DNA of 64,000 nt from NCBI GenBank assembly GCA_963634265.1, contig CAVHCH010000067.1, positions 6,787 to 70,786 of the forward strand, read 5' to 3'. Positions 17,906 to 27,279 of the stretch are shown here, in pieces (positions within the stretch are counted from its first letter, which is position 1; every line of letters begins with the position of its first letter). Made by a program: the position numbers and the translations under genes. Source of the stretch: Bacteroidaceae bacterium (GTDB lineage: Bacteria; Bacillota; Clostridia; Oscillospirales; Oscillospiraceae). Below the pieces are notes generated by a model. It had not been told where the DNA came from. It ran no database searches and was given only the letters and a program-made list of their open reading frames with translations.

Positions 17906-18475
17906 GTGAATCAGAAAACAAAGAACTTGGTGGGCGCAGGTGTGTTCACCGCCATTGTGCTGGTGCTGCAATTTTTGGGCGGCTCCTTCCAAATCGGGGG
18001 ACTGAACATCAATGTCTCCCTGGTGCCCATCGTGGTGGGCGCGGCGGTTTACGGCTGGAAGGTCGGCGCGTGGCTGGGCCTTATGTCCGGCGCGGTGATC
18101 CTCATCGCCGGGCAGGCGGCGGCGTTCCTGGCGGTCAATCCCCTGGGGACCATTGTGACGGTCCTGGTGAAAGGTACGCTGTGCGGCCTTATCGCCGGGC
18201 TGGTGTACACGGCGCTGAGCAAGAAAAATCGGTGGCTCGGCATCATCGTGGCGGCCATCGTGTGCCCGGTGGTGAACACGGGCATATTCCTGCTGGGGTG
18301 CCTGGTGTTCTTCATGGAGACCCTCAACGGCTGGGCCGCCGCTTTGGGCTACGAAAACGCAGGGTCTTACATGATTCTGGGCCTGGCGGGCGGCAATTTC
18401 CTGCTGGAGATCGGCGTGAATGTGGTGCTGGCCCCGGTGATCTCCCGGCTCATTGCCATCGGCAAGAAGAAATAA
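17906..18475 (+). CDS. ECF transporter S component, probably pantothenate-specific (PanT-like)
   Basis: Six-TM protein with LVPIVVGAAVYG and VNT motifs; directly upstream of coaX; GTG start with AGGAGG. Confidence 0.78.
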   Translation: MNQKTKNLVGAGVFTAIVLVLQFLGGSFQIGGLNINVSLVPIVVGAAVYGWKVGAWLGLMSGAVILIAGQAAAFLAVNPLGTIVTVLVKGTLCGLIAGLVYTALSKKNRWLGIIVAAIVCPVVNTGIFLLGCLVFFMETLNGWAAALGYENAGSYMILGLAGGNFLLEIGVNVVLAPVISRLIAIGKKK

Positions 18476-18488
18476 GGCGGTGGACGGA

Positions 18489-19262
18489 ATGCTGCTGACC
18501 ATTGACATAGGCAACTCCAACATTGTTTTCGGCCTGCCTGCGGGCGAGGGCCGGGCGCGCAGGCTCTACCGCCTGGGCACCGTGCCGGAGCGGCCGGCAG
18601 AGGAGTATTTTGCCCTGGCGGACAGTCTCTTTGCCCGGGAGGGCGTGGACCTCAAGCAGGTGGACGGAGCGGTGATCTGCTCCGTGGTGCCGGTTTTGGT
18701 GCCGGTTCTGTCCCAGGTGGTGCAGCGGCTGACGGGCATCACCCCGTACATCGTCACGCCCCGGTCCAAAAGCGGGCTGACGCTGGCCATCCCAGAGGTG
18801 GACACCCTGGGAAACGACATCCTGGCGGCGGACGCGGCGGCAGCGGCGGAGTACCCCCTGCCGGCCATCATCTTCGACATGGGCACCGCCACCACGGTGA
18901 CGGTGGTGGACAAGGACCGCCGGTACATCGGCGGGGCGATTTTGGCCGGGGTGCGGCTGGGCATACAGGCCCTGTTCGCGGGCACGGCGCAGCTGCCGTC
19001 GGTGTCCATCCAGGCGCCCAAGCAGGCCATCTGCGGCACGGCGCTGGAGTCCATACAGAGCGGCGCGGTGTTCGGCGCGGCGGCCATGATGGACGGGCTG
19101 GCGGAACGGTTCGAGGCGGAGCTGGGGCAGAAATGCACGCTCCTGGCCACCGGCGGCCTGGCGGGCTGCATCGTCCCCCACTGCCGCAGGGAGTTCATCT
19201 ATGACGAGAGCCTGCTGCTAAGGGGCATGGAACTGATCTATGGGATGAACTGCGAGAAATAA
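18489..19262 (+). CDS. coaX: Type III pantothenate kinase
   Basis: LLTIDIGNSNIV, CSVVP, LGND, IFDMGTATT, GGAI, ATGG motifs. Confidence 0.93.
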   Translation: MLLTIDIGNSNIVFGLPAGEGRARRLYRLGTVPERPAEEYFALADSLFAREGVDLKQVDGAVICSVVPVLVPVLSQVVQRLTGITPYIVTPRSKSGLTLAIPEVDTLGNDILAADAAAAAEYPLPAIIFDMGTATTVTVVDKDRRYIGGAILAGVRLGIQALFAGTAQLPSVSIQAPKQAICGTALESIQSGAVFGAAAMMDGLAERFEAELGQKCTLLATGGLAGCIVPHCRREFIYDESLLLRGMELIYGMNCEK

Positions 19263-19267
19263 GAAGC

Positions 19268-19309
19268 AAAAAAACTCTCTCCCGGCGAGGACTGGGAGAG
19301 AGTTTTTTG
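19268..19309. terminator. Bidirectional intrinsic terminator
   Basis: CAAAAAAACTCTCTCCC..GGGAGAGAGTTTTTTG. Confidence 0.85.
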
Positions 19310-19406
19310 TTGATTTTGGTCGTTTTCTGTGATAAAATTTGACTGCTCGTCAAGGCGAACTACATACCTTCTTCCAAGCGTAAGGCCAGAAAGGAGGTGA
19401 ATCGCT

Positions 19407-19496
19407 TTGGAAGAAATCGTTGCTTTCATATTGTCCGTTTTTTCCAGCTTGGTAGCTTGCTATCTTTGGGATAAATGGACCAATCATCGTCTTTGA
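19407..19496 (+). CDS. Putative type I toxin, 29 aa MEEIVAFILSVFSSLVACYLWDKWTNHRL (Fst/Ldr-like architecture)
   Basis: TTG start behind AAGGAGGTGA; one TM helix with a Trp/charged tail; own promoter TTGATT-17-TAAAAT with extended TG (19310-19338). Confidence 0.75.
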   Translation: MEEIVAFILSVFSSLVACYLWDKWTNHRL

Positions 19497-19499
19497 CGG

Positions 19500-19576
19500 G
19501 CGAAACGGCTGGGGTTGGCTCCCAGCCGTTTCATTTTCGTCTTGGAAGAATATCGTTGCTTTTAGGCTTCCGCCTA
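19500..19576 (-). ncRNA. Putative antisense antitoxin RNA
   Basis: Convergent TTGACA (19605-19610)-17-TATACT (19582-19587); transcribes the complement of a direct repeat (19542-19562) of the toxin start region; hairpin at 19502-19532. Confidence 0.65.
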
Positions 19577-19636
19577 TGAATAGTATAGGGCAGGACGGGG
19601 CAAATGTCAAATGGTTTTTTGTGGCCGCCGTTTGGA

Positions 19637-19810
19637 CTACTTCCCTGCCCACAGTTCCGGGCACAGCCACATGAAAAATGCAACAAAGGGTATGCTTCCA
19701 AGCAGCATCAGGTCCTCGTCGCCATCCATGAGCCACCACTGTATGGCGAGCCCGGTCAGCGTCACCAGGATCCCTATGATCTCACGCTTTTTTCTGGGCC
19801 ATTTACGCAT
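19637..19810 (-). CDS. Small two-TM membrane protein, 57 aa (not in the ORF track)
   Basis: MRKWPRKKREIIGILVTLTGLAIQWWLMDGDEDLMLLGSIPFVAFFMWLCPELWAGK; RBS GAGGGGG; promoter TTGAAT-17-TATAAT (19861-19833). Confidence 0.65.
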   Translation of the reverse strand: MRKWPRKKREIIGILVTLTGLAIQWWLMDGDEDLMLLGSIPFVAFFMWLCPELWAGK

Positions 19811-19905
19811 AACATCGCCCCCTCTTTTTTTGATTATAGCCTAATATTCGGCAATATTCAACAGAGAATATTCCCTGTATGCTACCATACAGGGAGGCGA
19901 AAGCC

Positions 19906-20115
19906 ATGATCGTATTTGACCCGCTGTGGGAGACTTTGAAGCGCAAGCATATCAGCCAGTACGCCCTGATCAAGGAGTACGGCGTCAGCACCGGGACGCT
20001 GGACGCGCTGCGGAAAAACCGAAGCGTGACCCTGCACACCATCAACGACCTGTGCCGCATTCTGCAATGCGATGTGGGCGAGGTGATCCGGTATGTGCCG
20101 GAGGATGAAAAGTAA
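19906..20115 (+). CDS. XRE/Cro-C1 HTH regulator (YozG-like)
   Basis: FDPLWETLK..SQYALIK..TINDLCRILQCDVGEVI; RBS GGGAGG. Confidence 0.88.
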   Translation: MIVFDPLWETLKRKHISQYALIKEYGVSTGTLDALRKNRSVTLHTINDLCRILQCDVGEVIRYVPEDEK

Positions 20116-20169
20116 AAATACAAAAAGAAACGGCTGGGGAGCGTCCCTGGCCGTTTCTTTTTATAGCTT

Positions 20170-21060
20170 CTATTCAATCGGGTTTTGCCGCCGCTGGGTG
20201 AGGGTTTGGGTCAGGGCAGAGGCCAGGAGGAGGGCGGGGTATAGCAGGTAGCGCAGCCAGGGGATAAGCGTTAGGAGGGCGGGGATCACACGGTGGGAAA
20301 CTACGGCATCGGCGGCACAGCTCAGGCACATGGAAACACCTGATAGCAGGAGGAGAATTTTTGAACACCTGCACAGCAGGTCCGGCTTTTTCCATAGAAC
20401 CGCCGCCCACAGGACGATGAGCAGGGCTACGACGCAGATGCGTATGACCGAGCCGCGGGCGATCAGCAGCGGCAAATACTCGCACAGCGACAGTGACAGC
20501 ACCGTGACCAGGAACAGGGCCTTTTGCAGCGAATGCCGCCACTCCGCCTGCCAGGCCGCCCCGATGCCCATGATCTTGACCGTGGCAAGGTGGTAGCGCC
20601 GGAGCAGGAGGCCCACTATGACAAGCAGCACCGCGATCAGCTCCAGGGGGATCATCCAGGGGTTTCCCATGCGCCACCGCTCATCATAGAGCAGAAGCAA
20701 TGCAATTTGGTAAAAGTACACGAATATCTCCCACACAGCCAGGGCGGCGGCGGGGAGACAGAAGAGGTCCATGCCCAGGCGGCTGCGGCGGAGAAGATAC
20801 AGCTCCGCCTCCCGGCCACGGGCTTGGGCGGTGGGGGACGGGTCACGGTCCAGGCGCTGACCGGCTAAGATCTCGTCCACGGTGACACCGTAGAGCTCCG
20901 CCAGAGCGGGCAGGACGGTTATGTCCGGCAGGCCCCCTCCGCTCTCCCACTTGCTGATGGTCTTATTGGACAGGTTCAGCTTTTCCGCCACCGCCTGCTG
21001 GGTATAGCCCCGGGCCTTGCGCAGGGCAGAGAGGAAATCGCCGATCTTTGCTGCATCCAT
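20170..21060 (-). CDS. XRE HTH regulator with C-terminal multi-pass membrane domain
   Basis: LRKARGYTQQAVAEKLNLSNKTISKWESG..PDI..VDEIL followed by several TM segments. Confidence 0.88.
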   Translation of the reverse strand: MDAAKIGDFLSALRKARGYTQQAVAEKLNLSNKTISKWESGGGLPDITVLPALAELYGVTVDEILAGQRLDRDPSPTAQARGREAELYLLRRSRLGMDLFCLPAAALAVWEIFVYFYQIALLLLYDERWRMGNPWMIPLELIAVLLVIVGLLLRRYHLATVKIMGIGAAWQAEWRHSLQKALFLVTVLSLSLCEYLPLLIARGSVIRICVVALLIVLWAAVLWKKPDLLCRCSKILLLLSGVSMCLSCAADAVVSHRVIPALLTLIPWLRYLLYPALLLASALTQTLTQRRQNPIE

Positions 21061-21174
21061 TTTTGCTCTCCTTTCGGACTTGGTAAGGCCACTATACCGG
21101 GCGTGGAGGGATTTGGGAACGCATGGGGCGCAGAATTTTGTCTACGCTGCGTGGAATTGGCATTTTGAGGGGCA

Positions 21175-21785
21175 TACGGATTGCCACAGCCAGCGTGCGC
21201 GCTGGCTTCGCAATGACAGTTTTTTACAAGGGGTGCGGTGCATACCCGGCGGGCGGGGTAGAACCCCGCCCCTACGGAAATGTAGGGATGCTTGCGTAGG
21301 GCGGCGTGCCCTCACGCCGCCGCGATGGTGCGGTGGGGCGGGCCGATGTGGGGAGCGAACTGAGCGCTGCCAGTGGCAGAGGAAGCGAAGTGAGCGAGTG
21401 GCCGCGGTCAAAATTTCAAGCGGCAGCCGTAAGGCAGCGCAGAAATTTTGGGCACCGCAACAGGATCATCGGCCCCTACGGGTGCGTAGCAAGGGGTTCA
21501 GCGGGCGGGCGACCGCAATGGTCGCCCCTACGGAGTGTAACAAGAGGTGTGGGGCGTCGACCCCTCAGTCATGGCGGAGCCGTGCCAGCTCCCCTTGCGC
21601 AGGGGAGCCTTTGGGGACGGGGGATGCGGATTGCCACGGTCAGTGTGCGCACCGGCCGTGGCAGTGACAGGGTTTTTGCATGGGGTGCGGTGCAAGTCCG
21701 GGCGGCGGGGTGAGGGCACCCCGCCCTACGAAACCATAAGAAGCGCCTGCGGGCGGGCCGTCGGGGACGCCGGCCCCTACGGGGG
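21175..21785. repeat. Large REP-like mosaic cluster with a 114-bp nested insert (21353-21466)
   Basis: Several GTAGG-palindromes, GGATTGCCAC.. and CCCCTCAGTC.. units; GGGCCGATGTGGG|CATCGGCCCCTAC is split by an insert. Confidence 0.85.
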
Positions 21786-21856
21786 GTGCAGGAAGAGTTT
21801 CCGTCCGTATAGAAAGGCGGGAGAAGTGAATCTCCCGCCTTTTTATTATGTATTTC

Positions 21857-23248
21857 TTACTTATTGCTCAGGTACTCGTCGATGGACTTGGCGCCCAGTT
21901 TGCCCGCGCCCATGGCCAGGATGACGGTGGCGGCGCCGGTGACGGCATCGCCGCCGGCGTACACGCCTTCACGGGAGGTGAGGCCGTCCTCGTTGACGAT
22001 GATGCAGCCCTTCTTATTGACCTCCAGGCCCTTGGTGGTGGACTTGATGAGGGGGTTGGGGGTGGTGCCGAGAGACATAATGACGGCGTCCACATCCAGC
22101 TCGAACTCGCTGCCCGCTTTCTCCACGGGGCGGCGGCGGCCAGAGGCATCCGGCTCACCCAGCTCCATCTCGATGCAGGTCATGGACTTGACGCAGTCCT
22201 GCTCGTCGCCATTGATCTGGACGGGGTTATTGAGGGTCTTGAAGATGACGCCCTCCTCGATGGCGTGCTCCACCTCCTCGTGACGGGCGGGAAGCTCCTC
22301 CATGCCGCGGCGGTAGACCACATAGACCTCGGCGCCCAGGCGCTTGGAGCAGCGGGCGGCGTCCATGGCCACATTGCCGCCGCCGACCACGGCCACCTTC
22401 TTGCCCTCCAGGGCCATGATGGGGGTGTCGGAATCGGGCTTATAGGCCTTCATGAGATTGATACGGGTGAGGAACTCATTGGCGGAATACACGCCCTTGA
22501 GGTTCTCGCCGGGGATATGCATGAACATGGGCAGGCCCGCGCCGGAGCCCACGAACACGGCCTCGAAGCCGTTCTCCTCCATCAGCTCGTCGATGGTGAT
22601 GGTGCGGCCCACCACGGTGTTGGTCTCCACCTTCACGCCCATGGCCTTCAGGCCGTCCACTTCCTTCTGGACGATGGCCTTGGGCAGACGGAACTCGGGG
22701 ATGCCGTACACCAGCACGCCGCCGGCCAGGTGCAGTGCCTCGAACACGGTGACCTCATAGCCCTTCTTGGCCAGGTCGCCGGCGCAGGTCAGGCCCGCAG
22801 GGCCGGAACCCACGATGGCCACCTTGTGGCCGTTGGACTCGGGCTTGGTGGCAGCCTCGGTGCTGTGGGCGTTGTGCCAGTCGGCCACAAAGCGCTCCAG
22901 ACGGCCGATACCCACGGGGTCGCCCTTCTTGCCGCGGACGCAGTGCATCTCGCACTGGCTCTCCTGGGGGCAGACGCGGCCGCACACGGCGGGCAGGGAG
23001 CTGGTCTGATGGATCACCTGATAGGCGCCCTCATAGTCCTTCTCCACGATCTTCTGGATGAACTCGGGGATACGCACGTTGACGGGACAGCCGTCCACGC
23101 AGGGATGGTTCTTGCAGTTGAGGCAGCGGGCGGCTTCGTCCAGCGCCTGCTCCTCGGTGTAGCCCAGCGCTACCTCGAGGAAGTTTTTATTGCGGACATT
23201 GGGGTCCTGAGAGGGCATCTCGTTCTTCTTCAAGCTCATATTCGCCAT
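21857..23248 (-). CDS. nfnB: NADH-dependent ferredoxin:NADP+ oxidoreductase large subunit NfnB (often annotated GltA/SudA)
   Basis: RCLNC...CVDGCP, CGRVCPQESQCE, GSGPAGL, GGGNVAMDAAR, GGDAVTG motifs; paired with nfnA. Confidence 0.88.
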   Translation of the reverse strand: MANMSLKKNEMPSQDPNVRNKNFLEVALGYTEEQALDEAARCLNCKNHPCVDGCPVNVRIPEFIQKIVEKDYEGAYQVIHQTSSLPAVCGRVCPQESQCEMHCVRGKKGDPVGIGRLERFVADWHNAHSTEAATKPESNGHKVAIVGSGPAGLTCAGDLAKKGYEVTVFEALHLAGGVLVYGIPEFRLPKAIVQKEVDGLKAMGVKVETNTVVGRTITIDELMEENGFEAVFVGSGAGLPMFMHIPGENLKGVYSANEFLTRINLMKAYKPDSDTPIMALEGKKVAVVGGGNVAMDAARCSKRLGAEVYVVYRRGMEELPARHEEVEHAIEEGVIFKTLNNPVQINGDEQDCVKSMTCIEMELGEPDASGRRRPVEKAGSEFELDVDAVIMSLGTTPNPLIKSTTKGLEVNKKGCIIVNEDGLTSREGVYAGGDAVTGAATVILAMGAGKLGAKSIDEYLSNK

Positions 23249-23250
23249 GA

Positions 23251-24093
23251 TCACTTTACCTCCTGCTTGTACAGATTGCAGACTTCCTCATGCTTGCGCA
23301 CCTCGAAGTCGTGATACATCTGATTGCGCTTGACAGCCAGATCCCAGTCCACCTGATGGCCGTCGAAGTCGGGGCCGTCCACGCAGGCGAACTTGGTCTC
23401 GCCGCCCACGGTCAGGCGGCAGCCGCCGCACATACCGGTGCCGTCGATCATGATGGGGCTCATGGAGACGGTGGTGGGCACGCCGTAGGGTTCGGTGGTC
23501 TTGCAGACGAACTTCATCATGACCATGGGGCCGATGGCGAAAATTTCATCATAGACATTGCCCGCATCCAGCAGTTCCTTCAGCGCCTCGGTAACAAGAC
23601 CCTTCTGGCCGTAGGAGCCGTCGTCGGTGCAGACCTTCAGGACGGAGGAGACGGCCTTGAACTTGTCCTCCAAAATCACAACATCCTTGCTCTTAAAGCC
23701 CACCACGGCATGGACCTCGGCCCCGCAGTCGTGGAACTTCTTCAGCACGGGATAGGCGATGGCGCAGCCGACGCCGCCGCCCACCACGCAGACCTTCTTC
23801 TTTCCCTCGGTCTCGGTGGGCTTGCCCAGGGGACCCACGAAGTCATGCAGGCAGTCGCCCTGCTGCTTGTGGCTGAGCTTTTCGGTGGTGGCGCCCACGG
23901 TCTGGACGATGATGGTGACGGTGCCCTTCTCCCGGTCATAGTCGTGGATGGTGATGGGGATACGCTCACCGTTTTCATCCACGCGCAGGATGATGAACTG
24001 ACCCGGCTGGGCCTTCTTGGCCACCATGGGGGCCTCGATCTCATACAGGATCACGGTAGGCTTCAGGGCTGTTTTTGTAACAATGCGGTACAT
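23251..24093 (-). CDS. nfnA: NfnA (SudB-like) flavoprotein subunit
   Basis: PGQFIILR..ERIPIT, VGPLG, GGGVG, MIDGTGMCGGCR..ACVDGPDF [2Fe-2S] motif. Confidence 0.9.
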   Translation of the reverse strand: MYRIVTKTALKPTVILYEIEAPMVAKKAQPGQFIILRVDENGERIPITIHDYDREKGTVTIIVQTVGATTEKLSHKQQGDCLHDFVGPLGKPTETEGKKKVCVVGGGVGCAIAYPVLKKFHDCGAEVHAVVGFKSKDVVILEDKFKAVSSVLKVCTDDGSYGQKGLVTEALKELLDAGNVYDEIFAIGPMVMMKFVCKTTEPYGVPTTVSMSPIMIDGTGMCGGCRLTVGGETKFACVDGPDFDGHQVDWDLAVKRNQMYHDFEVRKHEEVCNLYKQEVK

Positions 24094-24196
24094 ATTGCTC
24101 TCTTCCTTCCTGGTTGATTTGTTGGCAGGGTATGCGCTCTCTTTCTCACGGAGTTCACATCCTGTATATTTTAGCATTAAATCTCGCTTTCGTCAA

Positions 24197-24859
24197 TTAC
24201 TCCGGGGCAAGATCGGGGTCTAAAATCGTCACTTTCCGGCCCTCTACCAGCACTATCCCGGCCTGGCGGAGCTTTTTCAGCTCCCGCATCATGGCGCTGC
24301 GGTCGGTAGATATGTAATCGGCCAGGGCGCTGAGGGAAAAGGGCAGGGTGAAGCTGCCGCCGTTTTTGGCCTGCTGGAGGGAGAAGTAGCACAGGAGCTT
24401 GTCGCGGATGCTGCGGCGGCTGAGCACCTCCACCCGCTCGGACAGAGCGGTGGCCTTCTCGGCGATGAGGTGGAACATATTATCGATCATGCGGTTGTGG
24501 TGGCCGCAGTTCTTTTCGCAGCGGTTCTCCAGCTTTTCCTGGGGGAAAAACCAGACGGTGCAGGGGTTTTCGCAGGCTATATCAATGCTGTCGTCCAGGA
24601 CATTCTGAAACATGAGCATCTCGCCGAACACGCCGCCGGGGAGAAGATGCTCCAAAATCGTGCGGTCGCCCCGGCGGTCTACGCGCTCCACAAGGGCGGA
24701 GCCGGAGACCAGGATGCCGATGCTGTGGCCGCCGCGCTTGAAGTCGTAAATGTGGTCCTCGGGGCCGAAGCTCCGCTCCTGGACGCCGAAGCACTCATAG
24801 ATGCGGCGGCACTCCTCGGCGGTGATGCCCTCAAATACGGGGGTCTGGGGAATGGTCAT
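24197..24859 (-). CDS. Crp/Fnr-family transcriptional regulator
   Basis: cNMP-binding fold (GGVFGE) and C-terminal HTH LADYISTDRSAMMRELKKL. Confidence 0.9.
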   Translation of the reverse strand: MTIPQTPVFEGITAEECRRIYECFGVQERSFGPEDHIYDFKRGGHSIGILVSGSALVERVDRRGDRTILEHLLPGGVFGEMLMFQNVLDDSIDIACENPCTVWFFPQEKLENRCEKNCGHHNRMIDNMFHLIAEKATALSERVEVLSRRSIRDKLLCYFSLQQAKNGGSFTLPFSLSALADYISTDRSAMMRELKKLRQAGIVLVEGRKVTILDPDLAPE

Positions 24860-25538
24860 GACCTGCCTCCTTTTCCGGGCCCTCCGCGCCGCAGCGCAGG
24901 CCCATTTTATCTCTCTTATGGCCGATGATGACATAGACGATGACATAGACCACGGCGCCCCACACCAGGGCCGCAACCAAATCGATGAAGGCGTGCTGCT
25001 TCACAAGCAGAGTGGAGGCCGCGATGATGGTAAACCACACGGTGCCGACAATTTGCCAGACCCGCTTCAGCTTCGGCGAGTGCCACATGGCGGAGATGGC
25101 CGCCACCACGCCCAGCACATGGACGCTGGGGAAGACATTGGCGTTGTTATCGGCTGCCCAGGTCATTTGCAGGAGCCAGGAGCAGAAATTGTGCCGGGGC
25201 AGCTCCGCCGGGCGCAGGTCCTGGCCGTTGGGGACAATGAAGCAGAACAGGGTCGCCGTGGTGTAGGCAATGGCGATGAACCACATATAGCGGCGAAAGC
25301 TCTCCGGGTCCTTCACGATGAAGAACACGCCCAGCAGAAACAGCAGGATGCTCCAGCTATCGTAGGGAATGACGAAATACTCGCAGAAGGGGATATAGTC
25401 GTCGATGGCGGTCTGGGTGGGCCAGTAATTGTCCGTGACCACATGCTCCACGATGAAGTACATCATAAGGTACACAGGCAGGTACAGGCCCCACCACATA
25501 TGGGGATGGGTACGAATAAAATGCTTGATTTTTTGCAT
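24831..25538 (-). CDS. PAP2-family membrane phosphatase
   Basis: IDDYIPF, NVFPSVHV, STLLVKQHAFID motifs. Confidence 0.85.
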   Translation of the reverse strand: MQKIKHFIRTHPHMWWGLYLPVYLMMYFIVEHVVTDNYWPTQTAIDDYIPFCEYFVIPYDSWSILLFLLGVFFIVKDPESFRRYMWFIAIAYTTATLFCFIVPNGQDLRPAELPRHNFCSWLLQMTWAADNNANVFPSVHVLGVVAAISAMWHSPKLKRVWQIVGTVWFTIIAASTLLVKQHAFIDLVAALVWGAVVYVIVYVIIGHKRDKMGLRCGAEGPEKEAGHDHSPDPRI

Positions 25539-25720
25539 GAATGTCCTCCATTACACTCCTCAAGGGTATCTTGGCTATTATAACACATTTCCCGGCGGAC
25601 GCCATAGGGGGGACGAAAATGTCACTGATTTTTAACAATTTTTATGCGCGGCGGCTTGCGGAAAGGGTGCTGCATATATTATAATACACATACTATGTCA
25701 AATTTTGAGGAGGACGCAGT

Positions 25721-26977
25721 ATGCTGCTGAAACGGGAAGATAAAGAGAATCGCCAGGTGGTGCTGACCATTCAGGTGGAGCAGGAGGCCTGGGAGAAGGC
25801 GCTGGAGGAGGCTTATGAGCAGAGCAAGGCGCTGTTTAAGAAGGAGGACGGCTCCCTGCCCACCCGCGAGGAGATGGAGCAGAAGCATGGGGCCGATGTG
25901 TTTTACCAGGACGCGGTGAACAGCACCTTCCCCATCGCCCTGGTGGAGGCCGTGCGCCAGGAGGACATCAGCGTGGCCGGGGCCCCGGAGCTGAGCGTGG
26001 AGTCTATCGGGCCCGAGGGCTATGTGTTCTCTGCCCTCATCGACCTCTACCCGGAGGTGAAGCTGGGGCAGTACAAGGGGCTCTCCGCCCCCCGGCCCCA
26101 GGTGGAGCTGTCGGACGACGATGTGACCGCCGCCATCGGGGAATATTTGCAGAACCATCTCACCGAGGAGCACCCGGAGAAGGCCGCCATGGGCGACGAG
26201 GTGGTGCTGGACTTCGAGGGCTTTGTGGACGGCGTGCCCTTTGAGGGCGGCAAGGCGGAGCAGTACCCCCTGCTGCTGGGCAGCGGCTACTTCATCCCCG
26301 GATTTGAGGAGCAAGTGGCCGGGCTGGCTGTGGGCGGCGAGCGGGACATTGCCGTCACCTTCCCTAAGCAGTATGCCCCGGAGCTGGCGGGCAAGGACGC
26401 GGTGTTCCACATCAAGGTCCACAAAATAACCCGCCGGGCGCGGCCGGACATGAACGACGAATTTGCCAAGGCCCAGGGCTATGCCGACGCCTCCGCCCTG
26501 CGCCGGAGCATCATGGAGCAAGCGGTGCGCGCAAAGCAGCAGGAAGCCGCCGACGCCTACGCCGACGCCCTGGTGCAGCAGGTCATTGCGGGGATGGAGG
26601 TGGAAATTCCCGAACGCATGGTCCAGTGCCAGTTGGACGGGCTCATGCGGGACCTGGAGCAGCAGCTTATGCAGCAGGGGGCCACCATGGACGCCTACCT
26701 GGAGATGGCGGGCATCACCCGGGAGGACCTGCGGCGGCAGGCGGAGAGCAGCGCCCGGTCCTCGGTGGAGTTTGAGCTGGCTATGACGGAGATCGCCCGG
26801 CAGGAGAACATCCAGTTCACCGACGCGGAGCTGGAGGAGAAATATATCCAGATGTCCGCCCTCTACGGCATGACCCCGGAGCAGCTGAAGCAGAATCTGC
26901 CCATAGAGCGCCTGACCCACGACCTGCGCCTGGCAAGGGCAAGGGCCATTGTGGTGGACAGCGGGAAGGAGATCTGA
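25721..26977 (+). CDS. tig: Trigger factor-like chaperone (divergent N-domain)
   Basis: PEVKLGQYKGL and FKBP domain (DFEG..PFEGGKAE..LGSG.FIPGFEEQ..VTFP..Y..ELAGK); lacks the GFRxGxxP loop. Confidence 0.85.
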   Translation: MLLKREDKENRQVVLTIQVEQEAWEKALEEAYEQSKALFKKEDGSLPTREEMEQKHGADVFYQDAVNSTFPIALVEAVRQEDISVAGAPELSVESIGPEGYVFSALIDLYPEVKLGQYKGLSAPRPQVELSDDDVTAAIGEYLQNHLTEEHPEKAAMGDEVVLDFEGFVDGVPFEGGKAEQYPLLLGSGYFIPGFEEQVAGLAVGGERDIAVTFPKQYAPELAGKDAVFHIKVHKITRRARPDMNDEFAKAQGYADASALRRSIMEQAVRAKQQEAADAYADALVQQVIAGMEVEIPERMVQCQLDGLMRDLEQQLMQQGATMDAYLEMAGITREDLRRQAESSARSSVEFELAMTEIARQENIQFTDAELEEKYIQMSALYGMTPEQLKQNLPIERLTHDLRLARARAIVVDSGKEI

Positions 26978-27114
26978 GCCTCTCCCCTACCCTATTATAA
27001 ATAAACGCAAAAAGGCCCTGCCGGGTTTGAATGTCCGGCAGGGTCTAATTTATATGCTTTATATGCTCATTTCCGAATGGTTTTTCCGCAGGCGTAATAC
27101 GAAGCGCCATGCAA

Positions 27115-27255
27115 GCCCGTAGGGGACGATGTAGGCATCGTCCCCTACGGAGTATAACAAGAACTGCTCCGAAACGGGTCGTCCAGGAGGCCGACCCCTA
27201 CGCGCCGTTTACCGATAGAAATTCGTAGGGGGCGGCGTCCCCGACGCCCCGCTTG
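27115..27255. repeat. REP-like palindrome cluster
   Basis: GTAGGGGACGATGTAGGCATCGTCCCCTAC and related units, shared with 16307-16392. Confidence 0.8.
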
Positions 27256-27279
27256 CAGGCCTTCGGAAAATGCGGTTTG

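Noticed and set aside
16566..21060. Prophage or ICE remnant suggested by three XRE genes and a TA locus
   Set aside because: No integrase, att repeats, structural or conjugation genes, and the housekeeping S-component-coaX operon lies in the middle.
21017..21924. ORFs across repeat clusters with recurring peptides (PLRRGAFG, LPCVRGGGAKRRKG, IATASVRTGLAMT)
   Set aside because: These are translations of the palindromic repeats and recur in several frames and strands. The same cause inflates the track's starts for the HAD-IIA gene and ftsY.
21857..23248. Glutamate synthase small subunit as part of a GS-GOGAT unit
   Set aside because: It is paired with an NfnA/SudB-type subunit and no gltB is adjacent, so NfnAB transhydrogenase is the better call.
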